64,000 nt of DNA from Eledone cirrhosa (GCA_964016885.1 OZ024740.1:134974001-135038000); one strand, 5' to 3'; numbered from the stretch's first letter, positions 36,151 to 47,496 are shown. Notes: generated by a model from the letters alone, not told the origin. Numbers and translations: made by a program.

Positions 36151-36824
36151 TTTTTAATTCATTAAGTAATTCAGCTTGATGTTACCATCTATATATTCTC
36201 TAAATGAAAACCACTACATAGATATTCGAATTGCTCGAAATAGCAGCCAAATCTCCCTACTATCATAAAAAAGGACAAAAACATTGGACAATGAAGCTAT
36301 GGATAGATAAAAAGATAGTTTTGTTTATCATAAGTCTACACGATCAAAGTTGAGCTTAAGCTAAATTATAACAAAAACATCTGTTTCATTTTATCCTATG
36401 CAGTTCTTTTACTCCTTGTGCCAAATTTAACTCCACCCAACACTTTCTCAAAATCTCCTAGCCTCTATGTTGCTTGTAAATATTTAACTACATTAATTAA
36501 TTTTGTTTTCATTAAAAAAAAAAAAAAAAAAAAAAAAATCAGATATCAAGTTCATTGACGAAAGCAATGTTTATTTTAACTCCTGAATTCTAGTCTAGTG
36601 CTTGAAATTGAAAGCATTAACACCAAACCAACTCAAGCCTTTTAAAATAAACAACTCTGAATCGTAGCACTTATGTTTATCTAAAAACCTCCCATCATAA
36701 TTTTATTTAAAAATGAAATTTACACCTCACACATATGTAGGTTTCTTGGGTGTTTTAATGACAGGAGTCCCAGTCCTAGGGCGAAAAGCAATGTAAAATA
36801 AAGTGTCATAAATTTTATTTTACT

Positions 36825-37202
36825 CGGACCAGGTGATGTGTTGTTTCCTTGAGCAAGACACTTTATTTCACTTTGCTCCTGTTTACTCAGCTGTAGAAAT
36901 GAGATGATAGGACTGGGGTCCCTATCATTGCACTGCTAAGTGGTCGTGGAGGCGCCACGGCAAAAAAGCACCCAGCCCACACTGTAAAGTGGACGTGCAG
37001 GCGCCACGGAATAAAAAGCACCCACCACTCACTGTAAATGAGGTTGGTGTTAGGAAGGGCATCCAGCTGTAGAAATCAAGCCAGAATCAGTTCCCGTATG
37101 AGCAAGACAAGGTCAGCTGACTGGACACTGCCCACAACAGGACAACCCGTCTAACCCATGCTAGCGTGGAAGAACGGACATAAAACGGTGATGATGATGA
37201 TG
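36825..37202 (+). mobile_element. Composite SINE (5'-truncated): CORE-like + Meta-like + long RTE tail (type B)
   Basis: Body matches the 29603 SINE; the last ~270 nt match the 3' UTR of the RTE ending at ~56080. Confidence 0.85.
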
Positions 37203-37484
37203 AACCTTTGTTATGTAAGTTATGTACAAAATACCAGTTTAATAATGAGAAAGTTAATTATATTACTAAATCCTTTTAAATTATTGATTATTTTCAAAAT
37301 TATGCAGTGCGCCAGCATGGCCTCAGTCAGTAAGCTGAAACAGGTTACTGAGTAAAAGAGTCTCAGTAAAAATATGAAAACGAAAGGTTTAATGAGTAAC
37401 AAGTATTGCAGTTGTCCAAGTAAAGTATTATTTGTGTAACATTGGTGGCTCTATTTCGTTTTTCAATCCCAAATGAAACTGTTC

Positions 37485-37672
37485 GGTGGATTGGCAGTAT
37501 CGGTAGAGGGTCGGACGCCATGCTTTGATGCATAGAGTTACGGCCCTTGCTATTCTGAGTTCAAATCCCGCCGAGGTTAACTTTGCCTTTCATCCTTACG
37601 GGGTCGATAAAATAAAGTACCAGTAATGTACTGGGTAATTTCTGGCCTTGTGCCAATAGTAGAAACAATTAT
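37485..37672 (+). mobile_element. Nin/Deu-like SINE
   Basis: GTGGATTGGCAGTATCGGTAGAG head, GTTCAAATCCC B box, GCCTTTCATCCTTACGGGGTCGATAAAATAAAGTACCAG core. Confidence 0.85.
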
Positions 37673-38676
37673 TTATATCTGCAGCTTCAGCTGTTAATTG
37701 ATAATGTCATTTATTTTCTGCTATATTCTGAATTTGATACATAAGTATCAGATATAATAGAATGTATATTAATTTATCAAAAGGTGGCAAGAATATTTTT
37801 AATAATAAAAAAAAAAAAAAAAAGGGGAGTCTCCACGAATAGTAAATAGTTGGGCAGACACATATATACAGAATACAATGGTGACATTGGAGATAACAAG
37901 TGAAGGATCCTATTATTAGCAGATTGGTCCAACTAAAATTAAAGAAATCTACTTAGTTTTGATGAGGATGATGTTTAGACAAGTGGTTTTAATACTGCAT
38001 TATATAAGTGTACATACTTAGACGTCCAGATATCAATACACACACACACACACACACATATACAGATATATTCATACATTATGTATATAAATATGGATAT
38101 AGATATGTCTATCTCTTTATATAGAAACCATGTTGACAATGGTTTGATAGGATGGGATTTCAACTATAGAAACTTGCAAAACAAAGAGATGAAAGAACTC
38201 TGGTTGTGTCAAAATGTTGGTGTCATGATAAAATGCACTCAGTGCACTGTGTGTTGGAGGGGGGGGTCTAATCCTCTATACTAGGAACTATACCATATTG
38301 ACTTAGTTAACAAGGAAGAGAATTTGATGTCTATATCCAATTACTCACCCAGCACCCATTATTACTTTCACTACCATTATCACTCTACCTATCTTTCACC
38401 ATCATCCGTCAACTTCACAAATCATACAGTAATGAGAAATCTGTGATATGGGCAGGGCTTGGTGCATTTTAAAAGCCTCCAGCTCAGACCTTACAAATGT
38501 ATGTGTGTATGTGGATGATACTTGTATGTGTAAGTATCATCATCATCATTTAATATAAATTTTTCCCTGATAGCAAAACTGGTGCATCAAACAAAAATAT
38601 TTTGTGATATTTAGCGACTTGGTTACATCTGTTTATGCCAAAAAGTAAAGCTTTATCATTCAATATATATATATAA

Positions 38677-39030
38677 ATAGAATTAGAATTTAGCTTTGAA
38701 CATAGCTGTATACAGATATGTACTGGAATTTCGTATTTCTAAAGAAATACGGTATGTTTATAAATAAACATTTAGAAAGCCATAGCTATGCAAAAACACT
38801 GGTGGTTCTCGCCACCTGGCGGCATCCAGCAGAACTGGTTCTCATCAGGATGATCCCTCCCACTTGAAAAAAGGCGAGAAAATCTAGTTTTCTCGTCTGT
38901 AAATGAAGTGATTTATCTCATTTGCATATGAAGCTGTATAAGTTGGCTCAACTTATAATAGAATAGAATTAGAATTTAGCTTTGAGCATAGCTGTATACA
39001 GATATGTATTGGAATTTCGTATTTCTAAAG
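38677..39030. repeat. ~285-bp unit bounded by ~68-bp direct repeats
   Basis: ATAGAATTAGAATTTAGC...TTTCTAAAG at 38677-38744 and ~38962-39030. Confidence 0.8.
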
Positions 39031-39140
39031 TTATGCATCAACAACCCAGTTATTGATACATAACTCAGCTATAACTTAGTTTTATATATCTATAACTAAT
39101 TTATAGATATATAAGTAAGTTATATATCAACAAACCAGTT

Positions 39141-39372
39141 CATCATCATCATCATTTTACATCCGCTTTTCGCTGCTTTCAAGGGCGAGACAGGTCCTAT
39201 TCAACACAGCATCTCTCCATTTGTCATGGTCCTTTGTCATCTCCTCCATGAGCTTCAGCGATCTGAGGTAGCTCTCACCACCTCCGCCCATGATTTTCGT
39301 AGTCTTCCTCTACTGTGTCTTCCTTCCACTGGGATTTCTTGGTACTTCTTTACCCAGTAGTCATCTTCCAAA
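39141..39372 (-). mobile_element. RTE 3' end fragment (type A tail)
   Basis: Aligns with 42316-42555. Confidence 0.8.
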
Positions 39373-39423
39373 CTAAATTATTGTTACATAACTCAAGTAT
39401 ATAATAACTTAGTTTTATATATC

Positions 39424-39940
39424 TATGAGATGTATTAGAAAAGAAACAGGATTGGGTTGCAAATACTAATATTTCAAATCAAAACTGCAAACTAAAAGTT
39501 TTCTCCTTCAAAATGATACCCCTTAAGTCTAATGTTCTTTCCCATCCTTCTCTGCCACGCTTCCATGCACTCCTGGAAGAATTCTCATGTGATCTTCTGC
39601 AGTTGTTGTCATGGCTCTCTTGAAGGTTCTGGCACTTGGTCTCCGGGTTGTACTTGAAAATCCATGACTCATCTCCCTAGCAACTTTGGTTCAGTTTCAA
39701 GATGCGTGAAGATGTCATGACACACCTGCATGCATCATTCCTTCTGGTCATTGATCCGTAGCTTTGGCATCAGACCTTCTGCACGCTCAAATCTTTGGTG
39801 ATAATCTTCCAATCACAGCTCACTTGTAATCAGTCGAACAGACAGTTGATGATCGCCATGCACCACATGCTTCACGTGCTCAACGTTGGCCTCACTCTTG
39901 CACATTGAAGGCCTTCCACTCATGGGGTTGTTTTCCACAT
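39424..39940 (-). mobile_element. Degraded mariner fragment
   Basis: TIR-like GAGATGTATTAGAAAAG and eroded transposase-like sequence. Confidence 0.4.
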
Positions 39941-40194
39941 CCTTAGATGTGGTTGATAGCTTCCTGTACCTAGGTGATCAGATTAGCATGGGAGGGGAGT
40001 GTTCCAAGGCCATAGTATCTAGAATATGGATGGGTTGGAAGAAGTTTAGGGAGCTGCTTCCTCTGTTGACAAAGGGTTTCTCTCTGCATACGAAAGGCCG
40101 GTTATATGATGCCTGTGTGAGATGCGCGACACTGCATAGTAGTGAGACATGGCCAGCAACTCCAGAGGATACGCAACGGCTGGAGAGAAATAAA
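39940..40194 (+). mobile_element. RTE internal fragment
   Basis: VVDSFLYLGDQISMGGECSKAIVSRI...RLERN is nearly identical to the 1022-aa ORF. Confidence 0.85.
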
Positions 40195-40899
40195 CATTTC
40201 TGAGCCGTGTTCACGGCTCAGAAATGCTTCTTTCTTTGAGCTAATTAATTGTAAAAGACTGTTTGAGTTTATAACTCTAAATATAGTATTAACGGCTCCT
40301 TTTGTTGAGCTAAATTTTAGTCCCATATAGACGGCTGTTATTTCTAGCAGCATGAGTATGGGGATAGCTAGGAGCTGGAAAACCATGTGCGTTAACACTT
40401 GACTACCAGTCCTCCTAAATATTTCGAGGTGAAACATGCTAATTTTCTGGATACTTGCCGATGACCACAGGAATTGGAATTTTTCACTTTTTTAAATTAT
40501 CGTTGCGAAACTTATTTGGGTTTTGAAATTTAAATTTGTCTGCGGAACAGGTTTGGATTTTGAAATTTAAATTTGTCCAGGTATCACGGCTATTGCCAAT
40601 ATGGGTTTGTTTTTATTGATTTATTATTTTAAATCGAGACAGGCAAACTGTATTAATCTAATTAGTATTTTTCAATCTAGCTAACTTGGTCATTTACAAT
40701 ACAAACGCTTATATGTTTATATTAGTGTTTATCATATATTAATTTATATTAACTTGTATTATATATATATATATATATATATCCCAGTTTAAAAGTACAG
40801 ACAGTGAGATTTATATACTTTTCTAAATATATATATTCTGAATCAAGCTGTGTTACTGCTTAACTGACTCAAACAAATGATATATGCAAATGAGTGTCT

Positions 40900-42126
40900 C
40901 CATAAATGTATCTTCTTTGTCAACTTATTCATCAGAGAGTCATGGGTGCAGAATCCTCAAACACTCCCTCCAACAAGTCTTGTCAGAAGCAACCATCTCC
41001 AACTAATCTGGCTGGATCCCCAAGCAAGACCAGCCAAGCTCATGGATGTTATCCAACCATCTTGCTTGGGGTCTACCCTTGGGGGTACCTGCTGGTTGGT
41101 TTTGCCCATAAAATCTGCCCAGCGATTCTTTCCTAAGACATTCTAACCACATGCACATAGTATAGGAGCTGTGATCTCTCAATTTGGAGAAATAGTGGCT
41201 CTACCTTGAGTGACTCTCTGATCTTCGAGCTACGCACTTTATCGAGTAATGTTACGCCAAAGATTCTTTGGAGGAATTCCATTTCGGCCGCTTGTATTCG
41301 CGATCCTATTCTTTTGGTCATTACCCAAGATTCATGACCATAGGTAACAGTTGGCACAAAAACCGAATTGAAGATAGCTTTTATTTTTTGGCTTCTGATT
41401 ACTGAATGCTAAAGCTGGCACATTACTGCACCAGCTCCTGCAATTCTTGCACTATATTTAGCTTACTGCCTTCCATCACTCGTGAACACGTGTCCCAGTT
41501 TTCGCAGTATTGAATTTCAATCCAGCCATGCAGCACTCAGCATCAAACTTATCGAGTGCAATTTAAAAAAAGGGAGACAAGACAGAGGGATTTCCTTATT
41601 AAGTCTCCCTGGTAAAGTCTATGCTAAGTGTCTGGCAAAGAGATGCAGGGTGAATGTCCAAGCTAGCTGATGAACAGTGCGGTTTTCACCCTGGACGCAG
41701 CACAGCCAACCAAATATTCATACTGTGGCAGGTCTTTGAGAAAGCATGGGAGTATTGACAAGCGGTATATTCTTGTTTTGTCAACCTTAAAAAGGCATAT
41801 GACCACTTTCCTTGGGACCTGCTGTGAAAGGTTGAGCAGGAGTATGGGATAAAAGGTCAGCTTCTTGCTGCCCTGATATCTATATGAATGCCCAAGTATT
41901 TGTGTTTAGATAAATTGTGCTAAATTGAAACAATTCAACGTGGGAGTTAGCCTCCGCCAAAGGTGTGTACAGTCACCTCTCCTGTTCATTATGTACATGA
42001 ACAGGATTGACATGCACAGCCGGGTTTGAAGTGGTGTTATGACTGGCAGGTGTACAATCAGTTGGCTGGAATTTGCAGACAACATGGTGTCTGTAACTCA
42101 ACAGAAGGTGATTTCCGTAAATGTAT
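40900..42126 (-). mobile_element. RTE-clade LINE of a second family with inverted 5' segment
   Basis: Minus part: ALDKFDAEC..LGHVFTSDG..PTVTYGHESW..AAEMEFL. Plus part: RGISLLSLPGKVYAK...FADN. TSD-like CC(A/G)TAAATGTAT at 40900 and 42115. Confidence 0.7.
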
Positions 42127-42315
42127 TATTTGCAAAAATTTCTATATAAGCAATCAGCTTATTTTGCCTCAATATGGAATGAGTAAACATTACTGAAGAT
42201 GGTCAAACATCCTGAAATAGTAGTATTTGGCATTCTCACATGGTTACCAAGGTAACTGTAACAAGATCATAGCTTAAAATATCCACAGCAAGATATTATG
42301 TTTATTATACATAAA

Positions 42316-45300
42316 CATCATCATCATCATCATCATCATTTTACGTCCGCTTTTCCCTGCTTGCAAGGGTGGGACGGGTCTTATTCAGCACAGCATCTCT
42401 CCACTCGTCACGGTCCCTCGTCATCTCCACCGTGAGCTTCAATGATCTGAGGTCTGTTCTCACCACCTCCGCCCATGTTTTTCGTGGTCTACCTCTACCA
42501 TGTCTTCCTTCAACTGGCATTTCCTGGCACTTCTTCACCCATCGGTCATCCTCCATGTGCATCACATGTCCATACCACCTCAGTCTCCTCTCCCGTACAC
42601 TACATTCTATCCCTCTCAGACACAGTTTCTCTCTCAACACATTTATGCTGGGTCGTTCACGCACATTTACACTGCACATCCAACGGAGCATGCTTGCCTC
42701 ATTTCTCTCCAGCCGTCGCATATCTTCTGCGGTAGCTGCCCATGTCTCACTACCATGCAGCATCGCGCTCCTCACACAGGCATCATACAACCGGCCTTTC
42801 GTACGCAGGGAGAAACCCTTCTTCGTCAACAGAGGAAGCAGCTCCCTAAACTTCTTCCAACCCGTCCTTATTCTAGATACTATGGCCTCGGAACACCCTC
42901 CTCCCATGCTAATCTGATCTCCTAGGTACCGGAAGCTATCCACCACTTCTATAGCGCCCTCTCGCATTTGAAAAATGTGTCTATCAGTGCGACTTCTACT
43001 GTCTAATTTCCCTGTACATCTACTGCATACATATTTCTCCCTACCTGTTAGTTTGCCTGCTATCCCGCTACATCTCTTGTGTACCCAGGACCTACATTGT
43101 GTGCATTTTATAGAATTTATGCCAGTTCCTTTTCTGCATATCGAACATGGCCATTTCCCCGACGGAATCAGGGTTTTGTCCTCTTTTCTACTCATCAACA
43201 CTTTTGTCTTAGCTAGATTTACTCTCAGTCCTCTTGCTTCCAACTGCTGTTTCCATAGCCGGAATTTATTCTCTAGCTCCTCTACTGATTCTGCCATAAG
43301 AGCCAGATCGTCAGCATAGAGAAGTTCCCATGGACAGCCAGTCTTAAACTCCTCTGTTATGGCTTGGAGGACTATAATGAACAAGAGCGGGCTGAGGACC
43401 GAACCCTGATGTACTCCTACTTGTATCTGGAATTCCTCACTAAACTCCATTCCTACCCTGACTTTACTGAGAGTACCTCTGTACAAAGTTTGCACTGTCC
43501 TTACAAGCCATTCCTCAACACCCAGCTTCCTTAGGGACCACCAGATGACAGATCGGGGTACCCTATCAAAGGCCTTCTCTAGGTCAACAAAGGCTAAGTA
43601 TAGTGGCTTATTCTTCTCTAAGAACCTCTCTTGCATTTGTCTCACCAAGAAGAGGGCATCTGTTGTACTCTTCCCAGGCACAAAACCAAACTGCATCTCA
43701 TCTAGTTTGACCCTTTCTCTAATTAGTTGTGCTAGAATCCTTTCTGCCACTTTCATAACCTGATCTATCAGTTTTATACCCCTATAATTGCTCCTCTCCA
43801 AAGCATCCCCTTTACCTTTGTAGCAATTTATGAGAATACTGCTGCACCAGTCTTTGGGTATGACACCACCATATATAGCCTGATTGATTATGCGTGCAAC
43901 CAGTTTAGTGCCTACGTCCCCTGATGCCTTCAGCATCTCAGCAACTATTCCCGATGGTCCGGCCGCCTTACCATTTTTCATTTCCCTAATCGCCTCTTGG
44001 ACCCTATATTCGTCAATCTCAATAGCTGGTCCCTCTGTCGGATCTACCAAGGGTAATTTCTCTCTCTCCCATTCGTTCTCCACATTCATCAGTCTCTCAT
44101 AATGACATTTCCAGGCCTCCTTTTTCTGGTCATTCGTGACACTAAGTACACCGGCATCATCCCGGACACATTTATCACCAACAACATCCTGATTTGCATT
44201 GACACACTGCCTTGCAATGTGGAACACCGCACGCCTCTGATCTTCCCGTCGCAGAACATTGGCAAACCTCCTACTCTCTGCCTCCCTGCGTGCTAAGTAC
44301 ACCTGACGTCTAGCTTCTCTCTTAGTGGCTGTATATTCTTCCCTACTCCCACCCTTATTCCAAGCCTTCCATGCTAGTCTTTTGTCTCTAATAGCCTTAT
44401 CTACACTGCTGTTCCACCACCAGGTCACTCTCTGTCTGGTTGGAGCTCTGCTCCAGCCACAGGTTTCATCAGTAGCCTTCAGCAAGTTGTCACGTAAGAA
44501 CTTCCAGTTATTATCTATGTCATACGTCTCTAAATCGTCTTCTTTTTCGTCATATACATCTTGAAGGGCTTTCCTAAATTTGAATTTTAGTGAAAGGTCT
44601 TTTAGCTTCCAGACCTTTCTTCTCCACACCTTCCTATATGTCTCATTCCATCTCTTGCTTACTGAGATATCACTAACAACTAACCTATGCTGTGGGGTAC
44701 ATTCTTCCCCAGGGTATGCCTTGGTATTAGACACTATCTGCCTGTCCCGCTGCCTAACTAGCAGGAAGTCAATCTGGCTTATGTGCTCACCAGATTTGTA
44801 GGTTATTAGGTGATTGGCAGGTTTCTGGAAGTTTGTGTTGCAAATAGTCAATGTACTTGCATCACAAAATTCAAGAAGTCTCACTCCTTCTTCATTTCTT
44901 GAACCGTAACCGTGCCCACCATGTACCCCAGTGTAACCATCCTGGAGCTGTCCAACATGACCATTGAAGTCTCCTGCTAGCATAACGATGTCTCCGTCCT
45001 CTGTCATTGTGGTTGTTTGCAAAAGTTGCTCATAAAAGCAGTCTTTCTCATCTTTGCCTAGGCCTGCTTGGGGAGCATAGACCGAGATGATTGTCAGTAG
45101 TCTCCTACCTACAACTAATCTAAGCTTAATTATTCGATTACTAACTCGAACTACCTCTATTGTCTTATTGATCCATTTCTCAGCCAGGAAAATGCCTACT
45201 CCCCCTAACCCATCATCCTTACCTACCCAGAATAGCTTATAGCTAAGACGCTTGCCTACGACTAGTCTCGCAGAGGCACCCCTCCATCTCACCTCTTGCA

Positions 45301-45598
45301 CGCAGCACACATCCACCTGCCTTCTCTCCAGCATCTCCGCTATTTCAGCAGACCTACCTCTGAGAGTGCCAACATTAAGTGTTGCAACTCTGAGATGCGA
45401 CGTCTTCATATTTTTCTATGCTGTTTTGTTGCTGTGCTGATAAGCTTTTTGGCATTGATACACTGGTTGGATGCCCTTCCTAACACCAGCGCCACTTTAC
45501 AGCATGGACTGGGTGCTTTTATTTGTGCCACCAGCACTAGAGAGGATGTCTTACTAGACTCAAGGGCCCTCTCTACCCCTCCATTTTACGGCATGGTC

Positions 45599-45634
<36 letters not shown>

Positions 45635-45826
45635 AAACTTGTTGACACGACTCACACACTAATACTCATGCATACAAACCACAACCACACATACCAACAC
45701 TCATTCATGCATACAATCACGCACACCACTCACAAACATATATATATATACATATATTACCGACAGTACTGATACAAAATCAAAATCAAAGTCAAAATCA
45801 AAATCAAAATCAAAATCGTCAAAATC
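42316..45826 (-). mobile_element. Full-length RTE LINE with intact ORF
   Basis: 5' (GATTTT)n run, 5' UTR, 1022-aa ORF, and (GAT)n tail directly after the stop codon. Confidence 0.9.
42341..45409 (-). CDS. RTE ORF: APE endonuclease + reverse transcriptase + PHD-type zinc finger
   Basis: APE motifs NVGTL, QEVRW, SVYAP, GDFNGHVG, SQIDF, QHRLV; RT motifs QFGF, DLEKAFD, QGSVLSP, YADD; C4HC3 finger; no internal stop. Confidence 0.95.
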   Translation of the reverse strand: MKTSHLRVATLNVGTLRGRSAEIAEMLERRQVDVCCVQEVRWRGASARLVVGKRLSYKLFWVGKDDGLGGVGIFLAEKWINKTIEVVRVSNRIIKLRLVVGRRLLTIISVYAPQAGLGKDEKDCFYEQLLQTTTMTEDGDIVMLAGDFNGHVGQLQDGYTGVHGGHGYGSRNEEGVRLLEFCDASTLTICNTNFQKPANHLITYKSGEHISQIDFLLVRQRDRQIVSNTKAYPGEECTPQHRLVVSDISVSKRWNETYRKVWRRKVWKLKDLSLKFKFRKALQDVYDEKEDDLETYDIDNNWKFLRDNLLKATDETCGWSRAPTRQRVTWWWNSSVDKAIRDKRLAWKAWNKGGSREEYTATKREARRQVYLARREAESRRFANVLRREDQRRAVFHIARQCVNANQDVVGDKCVRDDAGVLSVTNDQKKEAWKCHYERLMNVENEWEREKLPLVDPTEGPAIEIDEYRVQEAIREMKNGKAAGPSGIVAEMLKASGDVGTKLVARIINQAIYGGVIPKDWCSSILINCYKGKGDALERSNYRGIKLIDQVMKVAERILAQLIRERVKLDEMQFGFVPGKSTTDALFLVRQMQERFLEKNKPLYLAFVDLEKAFDRVPRSVIWWSLRKLGVEEWLVRTVQTLYRGTLSKVRVGMEFSEEFQIQVGVHQGSVLSPLLFIIVLQAITEEFKTGCPWELLYADDLALMAESVEELENKFRLWKQQLEARGLRVNLAKTKVLMSRKEDKTLIPSGKWPCSICRKGTGINSIKCTQCRSWVHKRCSGIAGKLTGREKYVCSRCTGKLDSRSRTDRHIFQMREGAIEVVDSFRYLGDQISMGGGCSEAIVSRIRTGWKKFRELLPLLTKKGFSLRTKGRLYDACVRSAMLHGSETWAATAEDMRRLERNEASMLRWMCSVNVRERPSINVLREKLCLRGIECSVRERRLRWYGHVMHMEDDRWVKKCQEMPVEGRHGRGRPRKTWAEVVRTDLRSLKLTVEMTRDRDEWRDAVLNKTRPTLASREKRT

Positions 45827-45869
45827 ACTATCATGTCAACTGTTGACCTTTCCCAGTCCAGTTCGGCTT

Positions 45870-46285
45870 GTATATAATAACAATAACAATAATAATTGTT
45901 TGTTTACGCTGGTAATGGCGGTGGTGGATGGTGTCAGTGTGGTGGTGGTGGATGGTATCAGCGTGGTGGTGGTGGATGGTCAGTGATGGTGGTGGCAGTT
46001 GTTGGTGCTGTAGTTGTTATTGTAGTTGTTACTGTTGTTGTTGTCCTTCATTTCACTGCTGCTGTTGCTGCAGACAATGGTGTTGATGCTGTTATTGCTG
46101 TCGCATATATACAAATACATACACACACATTCAACACAGACGATGGTGTTGTTGCTGTTGTTGTTGTTGTTGTTGGTGTTGCTGCTGTTGTTGTTGTAGT
46201 TGTTGCTGTGTTGAAATCTGGTCGCATCCACTGAGATATACATATACACACACATACACATATGTATATACACATACATACATCA
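45870..46285. repeat. Low-complexity (GGT)n/(GTT)n/(CA)n tract
   Basis: Degenerate trinucleotide and dinucleotide runs. Confidence 0.85.
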
Positions 46286-46541
46286 AAAGAGAGTCAGCAG
46301 TATGTCAACAGGGGACAGGACAGCGACCTTAGAGTAATGTGGTGATGGTGGAGAGCGAGTGTAGGCGTTATTGTTAGTGTGGTGACGGGGGGGGGGGGGT
46401 CAGTGAGATGTTACAAGTTCATAGATCACTTCTCTCTTTTCCTCTCTCTTCAAAATTTTGAATTGATGGCCTTTTGCAATGGCGGACAAGTATATATAAT
46501 ATATATATATGAAGCAAAGAAAAGAAAATTTTCACTGATAT

Positions 46542-46837
46542 GAAAGATTTCCTGGTAGAAGTTCAGGTGTATTCAGTAATTGGTATCCAGTTTCGGGGTA
46601 TCCAATTAGAAAATCCAACGAATCTTTAAGAGGGGTCCACGCAACCATTGATATATATATCTATATATGTAAAATGCAAGCAGAAATGACAACGAAAGAT
46701 TTCCTGGTAGAAGTTCAGGTGTATTCAGTGTTGGTATCCAGTGTTAGGGTATCCAATTAGAAAATCCAACGAATTTTTGAGAGGGGTCCACGCAAGCATA
46801 TATATAGATATATGCAAAATGCAAGCAGAAATAACAA
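46542..46837. repeat. Tandem duplication, ~150-bp unit x2
   Basis: GAAAGATTTCCTGGTAGAAGTTCAGGTGTATTCAGT starts at 46542 and 46694. Confidence 0.9.
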
Positions 46838-47104
46838 CACATATACTAATGAACATACATTAAACACAGAGGGACTGTAAATGATAATAGCAATATCTAG
46901 ATATAAATATATAAATGTACATATCTCTATTGGTCTCATAAATTTTAAATTTTCTCTTTCCTCTTGTGTGTGTGTAGCAACACGTGGTTGTGTGTTGCTG
47001 CTGACTCTAGCAGAGCCCAAGAAAACACGTCTTGCCCTAACATATGTATATGATTTCATATACATATCCATTCTGAATCATGTGATGTTAATGTTACTGC
47101 TAAT

Positions 47105-47261
47105 ATATATATATATATAACACAAGTAAGAAGATTGTATCAAATATATACAAACATACAAATATATATATATATATATATATATATCTTTTACCTGTTC
47201 CAGCCATCCAGCTGAGGCACCATATATCATAAAACATGTATATATATATGTGTGTGTAAAC

Positions 47262-47315
<54 letters not shown>

Positions 47316-47430
47316 GGTGCCTCAGCCGGATGGCTGGAACAGGTAAAATAGTAAAAGATATATGTATATATATATATATATATATTTGATACAACCTTCT
47401 TACTTGTGTTTATATATATATATATATATA
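47105..47430. repeat. Foldback: two nested inverted-repeat blocks spaced by (TA)n
   Basis: AACACAAGTAAGAAG(A/G)TTGTATCAAATATA and TTTTACCTGTTCCAGCCATCC(A/G)GCTGAGGCACCATAT are each present in both orientations. Confidence 0.85.
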
Positions 47431-47496
47431 TGTGTCCGTCCAAACCCATGCAAGCGTGGAACATGGACGTTAAACGATGATGATGATATATATATA

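Noticed and set aside
38841-38848. Complete hammerhead ribozyme on the minus strand
   Set aside because: CTGATGAG is present, but no properly closed stem II-GAAA-stem III could be built.
42193-42225. CTGAAGA...GAAA hammerhead-like motif
   Set aside because: Stems are too weak; it could be chance or a very old relic.
42369-45772. Many + strand ORFs over the RTE (also antisense ORFs over the other RTE and LTR copies)
   Set aside because: Antisense shadows of TE coding sequence with no independent motifs.
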